DNA from: an uncultured virus (IMG/VR IMGVR_UViG_3300032030_002667)
Lineage: Duplodnaviria > Heunggongvirae > Uroviricota > Caudoviricetes
Direction: 5' to 3' (one strand)
Virus record (IMG/VR): IMGVR_UViG_3300032030_002667
Length of the DNA: 64,000 nt
Shown: positions 9,607 to 19,859 of the stretch, in pieces
Position numbering within the stretch: position 1 is the stretch's first letter
How the letters are laid out: each line of letters starts with the position of its first letter
Notes under the pieces: model-generated
The model's database searches: none
Seen by the model: only the letters and a program-made list of their open reading frames with translations
What the model was told of the DNA's origin: nothing
Made by a program: the position numbers and the translations under genes

Positions 9607-10503
9607 ATGCCTAACTGCTCTCCTCTTCAGAAATCGCTTGCGTGGTGCATGGGTAAGCCTGAGCTGCCCGGCATCCGCAAGCGGATTTATTACATCTCGA
9701 AGGACCAGATTGCCGAGTGGCCTACTTATATCCGCGATTATTATAATCGCAGAGCTAAGAAGGCTGCCTACAGGGGTGATTTCGTCCTCGTGGCTGATGC
9801 CAAGTGGAAGTACATTGACATCCTTCCTGAGAAGTCGCAGCTGACTTCGGAGCCACAGGGTGAACTGCCATCACAGACGCAATTGAACAAACTGGTGGCT
9901 GTGTTCCCTGGCGTGAGTCCTGAAGCGTCTGCTGCCGCCTGCTATCTCAACAACAGCGACAATGTATTCCTCGTTGAAGACATGAAGGGCTTCTTCCGTG
10001 TTGTGGGCTGCAGGAAGTGGTTCACCAAGACAATTGTCACACAGGACAATGGCCAGGGGCCTACTGGCAACACTTCTACCACTATCAACGTGGAAGCACC
10101 AGATGAGGTGCCTTCGCCCTTCTACATGGGCATCATCGAAACTGAGGACGGTGATGTCCAAGGGGAAATGTTCGATGATTCAGATGACCCTGAAGTGGTT
10201 CCCATCTATGACAACAACGTTATCATTAATGGACTGGAGTACAATGTCGCTAGTGGTGAAGTGAGCATTCATGGGCCATTGAGAACAATCAACTTCACTG
10301 GTGAGAACATGCAGCAAATCAAAGTGCGCACTGACAATGTCACTGAGTCTATTGCATTGATGAACGCTGATGGCTCTGAAGCTGTATGGAGAGGCGATGT
10401 ACCTGCTCCTACATCCGTGATGGTCAACAAGCGTGTTGGTAATAATGATGAGATTTGGTTCATCTTGGATGTCAATGATATTACTGACCATCAGATGAAA
10501 TGA
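9607..10503 (+). CDS. Tail-tube-like structural protein, copy 1 with ~105-aa C-terminal extension
   Basis: First ~185 aa closely paralogous to 10551-11126; follows capsid. Role inferred from size and context. Confidence 0.6.
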   Translation: MPNCSPLQKSLAWCMGKPELPGIRKRIYYISKDQIAEWPTYIRDYYNRRAKKAAYRGDFVLVADAKWKYIDILPEKSQLTSEPQGELPSQTQLNKLVAVFPGVSPEASAAACYLNNSDNVFLVEDMKGFFRVVGCRKWFTKTIVTQDNGQGPTGNTSTTINVEAPDEVPSPFYMGIIETEDGDVQGEMFDDSDDPEVVPIYDNNVIINGLEYNVASGEVSIHGPLRTINFTGENMQQIKVRTDNVTESIALMNADGSEAVWRGDVPAPTSVMVNKRVGNNDEIWFILDVNDITDHQMK

Positions 10504-10550
10504 TTCTCTAATCTTTAACTCTTAACTCTTAATTCTTAACTCTATAAGTC

Positions 10551-11126
10551 ATGCCACAAAATTGCACTCCTTTCCAAAAGTCGCTTGCTTGGTGCATGGG
10601 CATTCCTGAACTGCCCGGCATTCGCAGGCGCATCTACTACATCTCGAAGGACCAGATTGCTCAGTGGCCGCCTTTCAATCGCGATGACAACTACAGAGCA
10701 AAAACGGCTGTTCTGACTGGCAATTTCACGCTCGTTGCTGATGCCCATTGGAAGTATATCGACATCCTGCCGGATAAGTCGCAACTGACTTCCGAGGCTC
10801 AGGGTGAACTTCCCTGCCAGACGCAGCTCAATAAGCTGGTTGCCGTGCATCCTGGTGTCGGGACAGAAGCTTCGGCCGCTGCCTGCTACTTGAACAACAG
10901 CGACAATGTGTTCATCGTAGAGGACACCAAGGGATGGTATCGCGTCGTAGGCAGCGAGAAGTGGGTCACCAAGACTACTGTCACACAGGACAATGGTCAG
11001 GGCCCCACTGGTACTGTCGCCACCACTATCAATGTGGAGGCTACAGACGAGACACCAGCTCCCTTCTATGTAGGCATCCTCGACACTGAGGATGGTCCCA
11101 TCAACTGTATCCCGTATGACGATTAG
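10551..11126 (+). CDS. Tail-tube-like structural protein, copy 2
   Basis: QKSLAWCMG.PELPGIR.RIYYISKDQIA.WP and later blocks shared with copy 1. Confidence 0.6.
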   Translation: MPQNCTPFQKSLAWCMGIPELPGIRRRIYYISKDQIAQWPPFNRDDNYRAKTAVLTGNFTLVADAHWKYIDILPDKSQLTSEAQGELPCQTQLNKLVAVHPGVGTEASAAACYLNNSDNVFIVEDTKGWYRVVGSEKWVTKTTVTQDNGQGPTGTVATTINVEATDETPAPFYVGILDTEDGPINCIPYDD

Positions 11127-11176
11127 TTGCTTTCCATAATAGCTTTCTGTCGGTTCGTGCGTTTTCTTCGTGTTTG

Positions 11177-11213
11177 CGCCCGGGGATGTGCTCTCGCATC
11201 TTCGGGCGTTTTT
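11177..11213 (+). terminator. Rho-independent terminator
   Basis: CGCCCGGGGATG / CATCTTCGGGCG stem plus TTTTT. Confidence 0.8.
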
Positions 11214-11236
11214 GATTACAAAATGGTCAATGTTCA

Positions 11237-11893
11237 ATGATAGAAGAACTTATTTCTGAAATACCTACTCCTGCAGACATCGCTTCGCTGACTGCGGATA
11301 TTCCTGTGCCTGTCATGCCTGATATTACAATTTCTGATGATTGTAATTCGGAGAAGGATATCTTTTCGCCTAAAGAACGAAAAGCTTGGGACAAGTCGCT
11401 TGAAGCGAGGTGTGATTTCCAGTACCACCTGCGATTGACACGTCGGGCATCCACGAACTTCATCACGATTTGGCAGAAGTCGGTGTTCGGAAAAACACTC
11501 ACGGAAATCAAATCGGATGATGCGATGGTGCCCTACTTCGTGGAGCATATTCTTCCCGTCATCCAGGAGATGATTGGGTACAATCTCTCTGCTGGAGATT
11601 GGGCAATTGTCACTACGCCGATGCGGCGACACAAAGACCGAAACTTTGCTTCAATGATTGCAGAGCAATTAGCTGGTTTACTGCACATTCCGTTTTACTT
11701 TGACTGTGCTCGATGCCGCTCAAAGCAGCGTGTCGGTGCAGTGTTTGACCCTAATAACGTTCCTGTCGAAAAGAACGTGATTGTGCTCGATGATTTCGTC
11801 ACGACTGGCTCCACTATCCTTGCCATGAAGAACATGCTGCACTCCCTCGGGAAGAATCCTGTTTTCTTCTGCGGAATCAACAATAAATTGTAG
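11237..11893 (+). CDS. ComF-like phosphoribosyltransferase-fold protein
   Basis: PRPP-binding motif VIVLDDFVTTGSTI; TPMRRHKDRNFA resembles the ComF RGFNQ region. Confidence 0.75.
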   Translation: MIEELISEIPTPADIASLTADIPVPVMPDITISDDCNSEKDIFSPKERKAWDKSLEARCDFQYHLRLTRRASTNFITIWQKSVFGKTLTEIKSDDAMVPYFVEHILPVIQEMIGYNLSAGDWAIVTTPMRRHKDRNFASMIAEQLAGLLHIPFYFDCARCRSKQRVGAVFDPNNVPVEKNVIVLDDFVTTGSTILAMKNMLHSLGKNPVFFCGINNKL

Positions 11894-12016
11894 ATTATTT
11901 TCACTACCTCAAACGCATTTTGTCCACCTGACAAACCATTGACCATTGACCATTAGCCATTGACCATTAAAGGCGGTAGCAAATTCTTCACTCTTCATTC
12001 TTAATTCTTCATTTCC

Positions 12017-13660
12017 ATGAATAAGGTCTATTTCAACAAGCCGCAAAGGCTCACTCAGCTCATCGGAGCCAATATATCTGTGATTGTCGCTGGCCGCCGT
12101 ACTGGTAAGACGGACTCTATAGCTGCGCCATTCGTTCTGCGTAACATGCAGCGTATGCCTGGCAGTACTGGGGGCATCGTGGTACCGACATTCAAGCATG
12201 GTCTGACTAACACGCTGCCCGGGCTGTTTGCGGCTTGGAAGCGGTGGGGATTTATCAGAGGCGTTCACTATGTCATAGGACGAAAGCCGCCTAAGACGTT
12301 TGCTAAGCCTATCATCGAGCCTGCGGAGTATGAGCATGTCATATCCTTCTACAACGGCTCTTGTGCTGTGATTATCTCGCAGGACAGGCCTGGCTCTTCT
12401 AACTCACTTACCCTTTCGTGGCTGTTGATTGACGAAGCGAAGTTCATTGACTACAATCGCCTGAAGGAGGAAACGCTTCCGGCGAATGGTGGTATCAAGT
12501 CGCACTTCGGAAAGCATTCGTGCAATCACTCTATCCTTATCCTCTCAGATATGCCACAGACTCAGAAGGGTTCGTGGTTCCTCCACTACAAGGACAAGAT
12601 GGATGTAGAGGTGATTCGGGGCATCGAGGGGCTGATCTATGACATCTGGAAGCTGAAGGAGCGCATGAAAGCCTTAAAGAAGTCTGGGAAAGATGTTCCG
12701 AAGGCCCTTGTCTATCAGCTGCGGCATAAGGACAAGCAATTGAATCAGCTGCGTTCTGTGGCTACGTATTACAAAGAATACTCTTCCATCGAGAATCTGC
12801 AGCTGCTCGGTGAGAACTACATCCGACAGATGAAGCGTGACCTTACGCCGCTGACCTTTCAGACTTCCATACTCTGCCAGCGGATAGGCATCGCAAAGAA
12901 TGGGTTCTACTCTTCCATGCGCGAGAAGCACAAGTATGATGCTTCTAACTTTGAGTACCTGGATCAGGTGGCACAGTCTTTCTATGCTGAAAACGAGGGG
13001 CAAAACTTTGGCGGGGAGCTGGATTGCCGCGCTGACCGCGACTGCAATCCGCTGGCTCCTATCTGCATCGGCATGGACTATAACGCGAACATCAACTGGA
13101 TTGTCGCAGGTCAACCGTCTGGCAGACGATTGAACGTGCTCAAATCCTTTTATGTGAAGTTCGAGCGGAAGCTGCCGGCACTCATTGATGATTTCTGCTC
13201 GTATTACCAGTTTCACCAGAATAAGACGGTCGTGTTCTATTATGACACAACGGCCCTCGGCTCAAACTATGCGGTGAACGAGCAGGATTTCCGATGGGTT
13301 ATCATCCATGAGTTTGAACGCCATGGATGGACTGTCAATGATGTCTATCTCGGGAATCCGATGCGACATGATGAGAAGTACCTGCTCATCAACCAAGCTT
13401 TCGCTGGGAAACAGCGGCTCATGCCGTTCTTCAATCGCCAGAATAACGACGACCTGATTCTCGCTATTCAGGCTGCAGGAGTGACACGAGGACGCAATGG
13501 ATTTCACAAGAACAAGGCTGGTGAGAAGCTGGCTGAGTCGGAAGAGGATCTCCTCGAACACCGTACCGATGGCACTGATGCCTTCGATACCTTGTTTATA
13601 GGCTGTGAGAAGTTCCCACAAATAAATACATTGACAATTTCATGCGGAGGAGTAATGTAA
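12017..13660 (+). CDS. terL: Terminase large subunit
   Basis: Walker A VAGRRTGKT, Walker B LLIDEAK, nuclease GMDYN and HRTDGTDAFD. Confidence 0.88.
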   Translation: MNKVYFNKPQRLTQLIGANISVIVAGRRTGKTDSIAAPFVLRNMQRMPGSTGGIVVPTFKHGLTNTLPGLFAAWKRWGFIRGVHYVIGRKPPKTFAKPIIEPAEYEHVISFYNGSCAVIISQDRPGSSNSLTLSWLLIDEAKFIDYNRLKEETLPANGGIKSHFGKHSCNHSILILSDMPQTQKGSWFLHYKDKMDVEVIRGIEGLIYDIWKLKERMKALKKSGKDVPKALVYQLRHKDKQLNQLRSVATYYKEYSSIENLQLLGENYIRQMKRDLTPLTFQTSILCQRIGIAKNGFYSSMREKHKYDASNFEYLDQVAQSFYAENEGQNFGGELDCRADRDCNPLAPICIGMDYNANINWIVAGQPSGRRLNVLKSFYVKFERKLPALIDDFCSYYQFHQNKTVVFYYDTTALGSNYAVNEQDFRWVIIHEFERHGWTVNDVYLGNPMRHDEKYLLINQAFAGKQRLMPFFNRQNNDDLILAIQAAGVTRGRNGFHKNKAGEKLAESEEDLLEHRTDGTDAFDTLFIGCEKFPQINTLTISCGGVM

Positions 13661-13723
13661 TTGATTAAAATTTTATGTAATTCAAAAAATATTCGTACCT
13701 TTGTGCAAAAATTAAAACTATTA

Positions 13724-14614
13724 ATGAAACAAGCAACAACCATACGAGAGCAAATAACTCTCCTAAAGTCAAGAGGAGTGAAGATTGCCAGTATTTCAAA
13801 AGCAGAAGAGCAACTTGGGGATATTGGCTACTATCGATTGGGCTTTTATCTTTTCCCTTTTGAAGAGACGTTCCCTGTATTAAAAAAGAGAACACACAAA
13901 ATGATTCCTAAAACAACATTGGATGATGCTGTTGCTCTTTATTATTTTGATTATGACATTCGACCTCTACTTATGCGTTATGCCAATCGAATTGAAATTG
14001 CTCTTCGAACTTATATGGTGCTCACACTATCTAACAAGTACAAAGCTGACCCTATCTGGTTTGTCAACAAATCTGTAGTTAGAAAGGAATTTGCTGATAG
14101 TTTCGAGGAAAAATGTTATAATGATATTAAAAAGAATCCCGTTATTTCAAGGCATCACGCCAAATACAAGACAGATATTTATGCTCCAGCCTGGAAAACC
14201 TTAGAATATATGATGTTTGGGAACATTCAAACACTATATACCAATCTTATATCTGTTGATGACAAACGCGATATTTCTATACACTTTGGCGTGAATAAAA
14301 CGGCTATCTTCGAAAATTATCTCGAAATCGTCCGCTCGCTACGGAATGTTTGTGCTCATGGCGGTGTAGTGTATGATTTGAAGATGCCACGAGGCATTAA
14401 AGACGGTCCTGCCGGGAAGTTTGGTTCCAATCGTCAGAAACTCAAAGGTGCATACTTGGTTCTGAAGTACCTTCTTTCACACGTCTCAACAAATCGAGCA
14501 AAAGAATTAGATCGAGAAGTAAAACGTCTCTTAAAGGAGATATGTAGCAAAAGTGCTAACTTAAAGTCGGCAATTTTAGCAACAACAGGCTTTGAAGAAG
14601 CTGATTTTTCATGA
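13724..14614 (+). CDS. Abi_2/AbiF-family HEPN abortive-infection protein
   Basis: IGYYRLGFYL, LYYFDYDIR, IEIALRT, PAWKTLEYMMFG, HEPN RNVCAH; own TACCTTTG promoter at 13696; low GC. Confidence 0.85.
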   Translation: MKQATTIREQITLLKSRGVKIASISKAEEQLGDIGYYRLGFYLFPFEETFPVLKKRTHKMIPKTTLDDAVALYYFDYDIRPLLMRYANRIEIALRTYMVLTLSNKYKADPIWFVNKSVVRKEFADSFEEKCYNDIKKNPVISRHHAKYKTDIYAPAWKTLEYMMFGNIQTLYTNLISVDDKRDISIHFGVNKTAIFENYLEIVRSLRNVCAHGGVVYDLKMPRGIKDGPAGKFGSNRQKLKGAYLVLKYLLSHVSTNRAKELDREVKRLLKEICSKSANLKSAILATTGFEEADFS

Positions 14615-14685
14615 TTTTTGTTTTTTTTGATATAAAAATTGTGAAATTTCTTTGTCAGTTGGAAAAAAAACATTACCTTTGCAGA

Positions 14686-14780
14686 CGAAAAAGTGCACGT
14701 GGAAGCCCTCGTCGCTCCTCTTTGCACTCTAAAACGTACCAAGTGAGGCTCAATCCATTGTCGATTGAGTCTCCTTTTTT
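14686..14780 (+). ncRNA. Putative abiF-associated antitoxin RNA
   Basis: Canonical promoter (TTTG 14651, N19, TACCTTTG 14674), AGTGCA/TGCACT stem, terminator GAGGCTCAATC/GATTGAGTCTC plus T6; no ORF. Confidence 0.7.
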
Positions 14781-14993
14781 ATAAAATAAATCATATAATG
14801 TTAGACACTCTCGTTTGGGCCATATTCAAAGTCCATCCACAAAGAGAGCGCATGAATACATAGTTTCGTCAAGAGGCTACAACGAGTAGAATACTTAAAC
14901 ATGTCAAACATGTGCAAATAAAACAGGCGGCTTTGATAATATGCAGAATGATTATAAGTATCTTGTTAAACTTTATTATCTCAACACCAAAAA

Positions 14994-15989
14994 CTATATC
15001 CTAAGAATTCCATTTCTTTTCAACAACTGATAAAAAGCTTCACTATGATGTGGTGGCAGGAAGCCCGAACGACGCATAATAGCATCTATTTTAATCTTAG
15101 CTTTAGCTTCATCAGGTGATGGGTATATCGGATAAGGCGTATATTCCTTAATCTGCCTCACGAAACAGTCAATTGCCTTGTCTGTCTTTATAAATTCCAT
15201 ATCTAACACTTCAACCAATTTGATAACTATTTGTGAAAAGCCTACCACTCCACGCAAACTTATCTTAACCAATTCATTTTCAGCCGTGACAGGTTCCATC
15301 TCTGGAATTTCCGCAACATCCAAATCTATAGCTGTTAGTCCCATTACATCACTGTATGCGTCAATCAACTTTTGATTTGTCCTGCCACCACTATGAATAA
15401 TACAGTTTCTACATTCTTTAAAATATCGATATATCTTCAAATAACCATCAAGGTGCGTGAGCTTGCTACCATTGTTTTTTGCCACATACGCATCGTACAA
15501 AGCATTTACTAAAGCCGCATTCTCATGTTGTTGCATTGAGGTCAATGCTGTTCTTGCAGTTGCTGGGAACTGGAATTTCTTTGGATTAATAACATCGTCG
15601 CTCAATTGTGGCAGAATAGTTTCAATCCACCCTTCATACAACGCAAAGATATTTGTCAATAAATTCCGACTGACACTATACACTTGTTGTTCCCAACTCT
15701 GTTCTATGCAAGTTCGATACAAGTTAGGTCGGTTGGTTATATCCTCACTATCAACAAAACGAGCTGATAACTTGGAATTCTGTTTAATATTCATTTCGTG
15801 ATAATACCCATTGACCTGCCATCGCAAGATTTTGATGGCAGTAACTGTTGGCCACAGGTCATCAAACAATTCTGTTATCTGAGCCTCAAAAAGTCTGCTC
15901 TGAAAAAAGAAACACTTCATAGTTTTCTTATATAGTCCAGATTGTACCCTACTTGGAGTAGATAGCTTTGTAGTATTTATGTTTGACAT
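14994..15989 (-). CDS. HEPN-motif protein, probable defence nuclease
   Basis: FALYEGWI upstream motif and RNCIIH (Rx4H); low GC. Confidence 0.65.
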   Translation of the reverse strand: MSNINTTKLSTPSRVQSGLYKKTMKCFFFQSRLFEAQITELFDDLWPTVTAIKILRWQVNGYYHEMNIKQNSKLSARFVDSEDITNRPNLYRTCIEQSWEQQVYSVSRNLLTNIFALYEGWIETILPQLSDDVINPKKFQFPATARTALTSMQQHENAALVNALYDAYVAKNNGSKLTHLDGYLKIYRYFKECRNCIIHSGGRTNQKLIDAYSDVMGLTAIDLDVAEIPEMEPVTAENELVKISLRGVVGFSQIVIKLVEVLDMEFIKTDKAIDCFVRQIKEYTPYPIYPSPDEAKAKIKIDAIMRRSGFLPPHHSEAFYQLLKRNGILRI

Positions 15990-16202
15990 AGTAATAATTA
16001 TATCTATTTATTTATCTTAATATTTTATTATCAAATATATCTGTCGTCGTCTCAAAAGCATCTCCCTTCCTATTTCATATGTTTCACAAGTAGATGATGC
16101 CCTTGGAGATGTATCCTACCAATATAACCTCACACATCCTATATAAAACATCTATCCTTTTATATTGTACGCCATTCCCCATCTCTTATACGAAAAGTTT
16201 AT

Positions 16203-16496
16203 TTACTCTATACAGTATTTTGTATATGCATCTTTGTATATATTCCTAACCTCTTCTTGGAATGCCGCTCTTCTGTTATGAAGTTCAATCAATTGTCTGC
16301 TTATACGTTGATAAATGATTCTATGAGCCGGATTTGGCAGAGCATTCTCATCATATGCATCTGTTCCAAAATCTTCATCTTCAACAGCCGCATGCGCCAA
16401 ATTTAGTAAATCCTCTTTTGTCATTTCTGTGACGACGACCCAATTCTCTCCTCTCTTAAAAAAAGCATTTTGCTCTTCAATTTTTAAGTGTTTCAT
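16203..16496 (-). CDS. Small protein coupled to the PHP-ATPase
   Basis: 97 aa, overlaps the 3' end of 16477-18519. Confidence 0.7.
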   Translation of the reverse strand: MKHLKIEEQNAFFKRGENWVVVTEMTKEDLLNLAHAAVEDEDFGTDAYDENALPNPAHRIIYQRISRQLIELHNRRAAFQEEVRNIYKDAYTKYCIE

Positions 16497-18519
16497 AAAT
16501 ATCTCTCCTTTCTATATATGCTTGTTCACCAGCCTCAAGACTATTTAGTGTAATCTCGTAATTCTCAATAGTATTCCCTTTTACATCTGATAGTTTCTTT
16601 GCTCCGGGGAACCCACTGTATAAATTAAAAAGCGGCCTGTTACATTCTATCTTCTTTTCGGTATATAAAATATAGTCTGGCTTTATCGAACCTCCTATGG
16701 TGTTGTTGTGTGTTGATATAATGACTGGCATTATCTCAGCCATCTCCTTAATGAACTTATTCACCTCGTTCTTCAAAAAGATATTGTCAAATGACGACTC
16801 CGGTTCGTCAATAATTAATATATCACTCAATATCGCATCCTTAATCTTTTGCAAGAAGTTGAACTCTGAACGTTCTCCTCCTGATACGACGAAACCCGAC
16901 GAGTTGAGAATTTTATAGTCGACAGCGGCAAACAGTTTGTAAATACGATTGCTCTCTATTCCTGCTGCCTTCAACTCATCCAAATATTGTACTGGATCAT
17001 TATATTTATCAAATGCTTTGATTAGCGATACCTGTTTTAGCCCAACAGATTTCAAGTCAGAAGCACTTGTAAACGGGCGTGAGGTAACGCTAATGGTAAA
17101 TTGACCTGCCTTTTCATTACTGATGCTTCTATTCTTTTTAACCTCTATCGCTACCTGCGCAAACATTTCCCGCTTTTTCTTATTTATAAAAAATTGGTAT
17201 AAATCTACATCAGGAATTCTAGGAGCAGCAGATTTTAGTTGTAAAGAGTCCTTTACAAGTTGAATCATATTGTTCACTTCCTGATAATACTTATTTTCCA
17301 TGTGACCGGCACGGTACAATTGTATTAGTTCTTTCATGAGTGCCTTTAAAGAACTATCAAATAGATATTTATTGATATGTACCCTATAAAGTCGTGATTC
17401 CAATAATGTTTTCGTTGCCCTGATTAGTTTCTCAAGTTCATCATAGTTTTGTTCTTTGAATCCACTCTCATTGAATAGCTTTGACTTAGAATAAACATCA
17501 TTTAAGTTACTTTGTTGCGCGAATAACATCACGGCTTCAAGATACTTTTCAATCTTTAGTAAATCTTCTGTGGCAGAAGTGGTTTCTAACATATTATTCA
17601 CGACATCGCAGAACTCCTTGAAGTAGTCTTCAGCAAATCGCTCCTGACGGATTTTCATTTCACTTTCAAACTGATCAGAGTCATTCTTGCTTGTATTTAA
17701 CAGCTCGAATTGACGAATGTATTTTGCTCTCCCCTCATATCGTCGATAGATGGCATCTAACGTATAAGTTTTACCTGATGAACGTTTCCCCAACAGAATG
17801 TTTAGCCCCGTTGACAGCATCTGCCCATCAGCAAAAATTTGAAATAGTTTTACACCATTATGGGCTGTCAAGGAAACCTTCGTTTTATCCATCAAACATA
17901 GTTTAAGCGAATTGACATTAACTTCATCTACATCAAGAAAAGTGTGGCTCACAGGATAAACCTCTGGCTTTATGCCCTTCTCTGCACGAAAATCACTAAA
18001 AATAACGGGGGTTAATCGTTCTTTCTCTTCTTTCTCCATGTAGATGAACTTCTTAACACTAGAAACCTCACCAACCACAACATTCCTACCCAAATTCTCT
18101 ATAACGCTTTTATGCAATTTAGGGTCTTTATCATAATGAGGTATTAGTAGGTATTTGCTCAAATCACCAAATATCCTTATAAAAGTGTCGTATGAAATAT
18201 AATCATTCTCAGTATTGACTAGACTCTTCACTTCACAGCATTTGGCGTTAAAATCAAACAGTGTTGCGTCATCATTATTTGCTATTACAAGAATATGTCC
18301 CTTCTCCATATCTACTTCGATTCCAGGCAGTACAACGACATTTTCAAGGGCATTCATAATCTCCAGAAACTGAGCGTATTCAAATAGATTATGATTCGTT
18401 ATAGCAATTACGTTAAGCCCTGTCTTTGCCACATAGTCGACCAATACGCCTTGGTCATAAACAAACAACCTATCGGATACAGACGGCACCGTATGAATGT
18501 GTAAATCGCATCTCTTCAT
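16477..18519 (-). CDS. PHP-domain + ABC/SMC-type ATPase (Ppl-like anti-phage protein)
   Basis: DLHIHT, AITNHN, PGIE...GH; Walker A GKRSSGKT, signature SGGE, IIDEPE, STHN. Confidence 0.8.
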   Translation of the reverse strand: MKRCDLHIHTVPSVSDRLFVYDQGVLVDYVAKTGLNVIAITNHNLFEYAQFLEIMNALENVVVLPGIEVDMEKGHILVIANNDDATLFDFNAKCCEVKSLVNTENDYISYDTFIRIFGDLSKYLLIPHYDKDPKLHKSVIENLGRNVVVGEVSSVKKFIYMEKEEKERLTPVIFSDFRAEKGIKPEVYPVSHTFLDVDEVNVNSLKLCLMDKTKVSLTAHNGVKLFQIFADGQMLSTGLNILLGKRSSGKTYTLDAIYRRYEGRAKYIRQFELLNTSKNDSDQFESEMKIRQERFAEDYFKEFCDVVNNMLETTSATEDLLKIEKYLEAVMLFAQQSNLNDVYSKSKLFNESGFKEQNYDELEKLIRATKTLLESRLYRVHINKYLFDSSLKALMKELIQLYRAGHMENKYYQEVNNMIQLVKDSLQLKSAAPRIPDVDLYQFFINKKKREMFAQVAIEVKKNRSISNEKAGQFTISVTSRPFTSASDLKSVGLKQVSLIKAFDKYNDPVQYLDELKAAGIESNRIYKLFAAVDYKILNSSGFVVSGGERSEFNFLQKIKDAILSDILIIDEPESSFDNIFLKNEVNKFIKEMAEIMPVIISTHNNTIGGSIKPDYILYTEKKIECNRPLFNLYSGFPGAKKLSDVKGNTIENYEITLNSLEAGEQAYIERRDIYETLKN

Positions 18520-18861
18520 ATTGACAATATCATTATCTATATATTATACTTCACAATTTAATTTTTTCCACACACAATTATATCCTTGCAATCCTTATTC
18601 TATTACAAAATTCTTATTCAAAGGATTAGGAGGAAGATCTAATCATTGTACTTGTCACCATCTCAATTTTCACCAACGATTTCGTTGAAGGACGTTTTTC
18701 AGCAAAGATACCACTTAATTCTTTTCCTTTTACATAATTGTCCGTTTTCAATTTAAATGCCTTGAGCGGGCTTGATCTCAACATTTCTACTAATGACTAT
18801 AGGATAAAGCCTATTATAGACAATCTCCATCTTACATCATGTTATTCACGTCTATTTGATT

Positions 18862-19758
18862 TTACTTTTCAAACTTTGATTTACCAGGCAGGACTTCTTC
18901 CAGACGGTTAATTAGAAGAGGCTTCCCGACAAGGAAATTATCGCGGTACTCATCATTGAGAACTATCACATCACAACTTGCAAAATCAAGGGTTCGGATG
19001 CTGTTCTCGTATCGGAGTGCGCAGAATCGCGTTTTGATGTTCCCTTCCTGAAGTAATCCTTTCTTCATTAGACTTAACGGATAGATGAGCCAGGTAAGGT
19101 TCTTGCTTTCTCGGAATCTTGAAAGAGACTCTTGTATCTTATGATGGTACGTTTCCATCACTTGCAAGTTTTCTGACTTTAAATGTGGCACAATGGCATG
19201 GTCACAATATAGTGCAAGGAAATAAGTGTCTATCTTCGTGACATGCTGAGGGCAGATTAGCAGATTCGAGTTAATGATAGTCCGAGTATAAGTCCAATCC
19301 ATGAGCCTGTATTGACCTATTTTCAGCTTTATCCCATTCTCTGTAAAGAAATCCTCTGATTTTAATCTCCTCATTACGATATAATCGTCACATGCATAGA
19401 GGTAATGTTCGCTCAATCCTTCTATGCGAGGAATATACAAGTCTATGACATTTGAGTTAAAGACAGGAAGATATTCATTCGGAACAATTTCCCAATCCCA
19501 TACAATGTGCACATTCTCATGCTGTGTATTCAACCATTTAGGAATCTGAGTCTTAGAGATAGACATTACAATAAATACATTCCTTATCCATGGCATGTGT
19601 TTTTCAATGCTGCGCAGTTGGTAGCGCAGCGTCTCCCAGTCGCGGAAGCGAGTAGCATTGTTGCTCCATCCCCTTGGGGCGGAAACATACTTCTTATACT
19701 CAAAGAGCCAGTTTTCATCACTACAATCCACAAATGGTATTACATAATCTATGGGCAT
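18862..19758 (-). CDS. Stealth-family sugar-1-phosphate transferase
   Basis: CR1 PIDYVIPFVDCSDENW; CR2 RFRDWETLRYQLRSIEKHMPWIRNVFIV, LPVFNSNVID, YLYACDD. Confidence 0.88.
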   Translation of the reverse strand: MPIDYVIPFVDCSDENWLFEYKKYVSAPRGWSNNATRFRDWETLRYQLRSIEKHMPWIRNVFIVMSISKTQIPKWLNTQHENVHIVWDWEIVPNEYLPVFNSNVIDLYIPRIEGLSEHYLYACDDYIVMRRLKSEDFFTENGIKLKIGQYRLMDWTYTRTIINSNLLICPQHVTKIDTYFLALYCDHAIVPHLKSENLQVMETYHHKIQESLSRFRESKNLTWLIYPLSLMKKGLLQEGNIKTRFCALRYENSIRTLDFASCDVIVLNDEYRDNFLVGKPLLINRLEEVLPGKSKFEK

Positions 19759-19859
19759 TGGTTTTTCGAATGCTTAGTTTGTTTTACAGAAAAGAAGGAT
19801 TAAAAGCAGAAAGAGTGTGTTTTTCATAAGAGTTGTATTTATATAGTTTTCATATTATC

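Noticed and set aside
9607..11126. Diversity-generating retroelement TR/VR pair
   Set aside because: Both copies are full genes, differences are not adenine-specific, and no reverse transcriptase motif was seen in the window.
11972..11980. RfaH ops element (GGCGGTAG)
   Set aside because: Lacks the downstream TG of ops, no NusG paralog in the element, and it is part of the heptamer-associated repeat.
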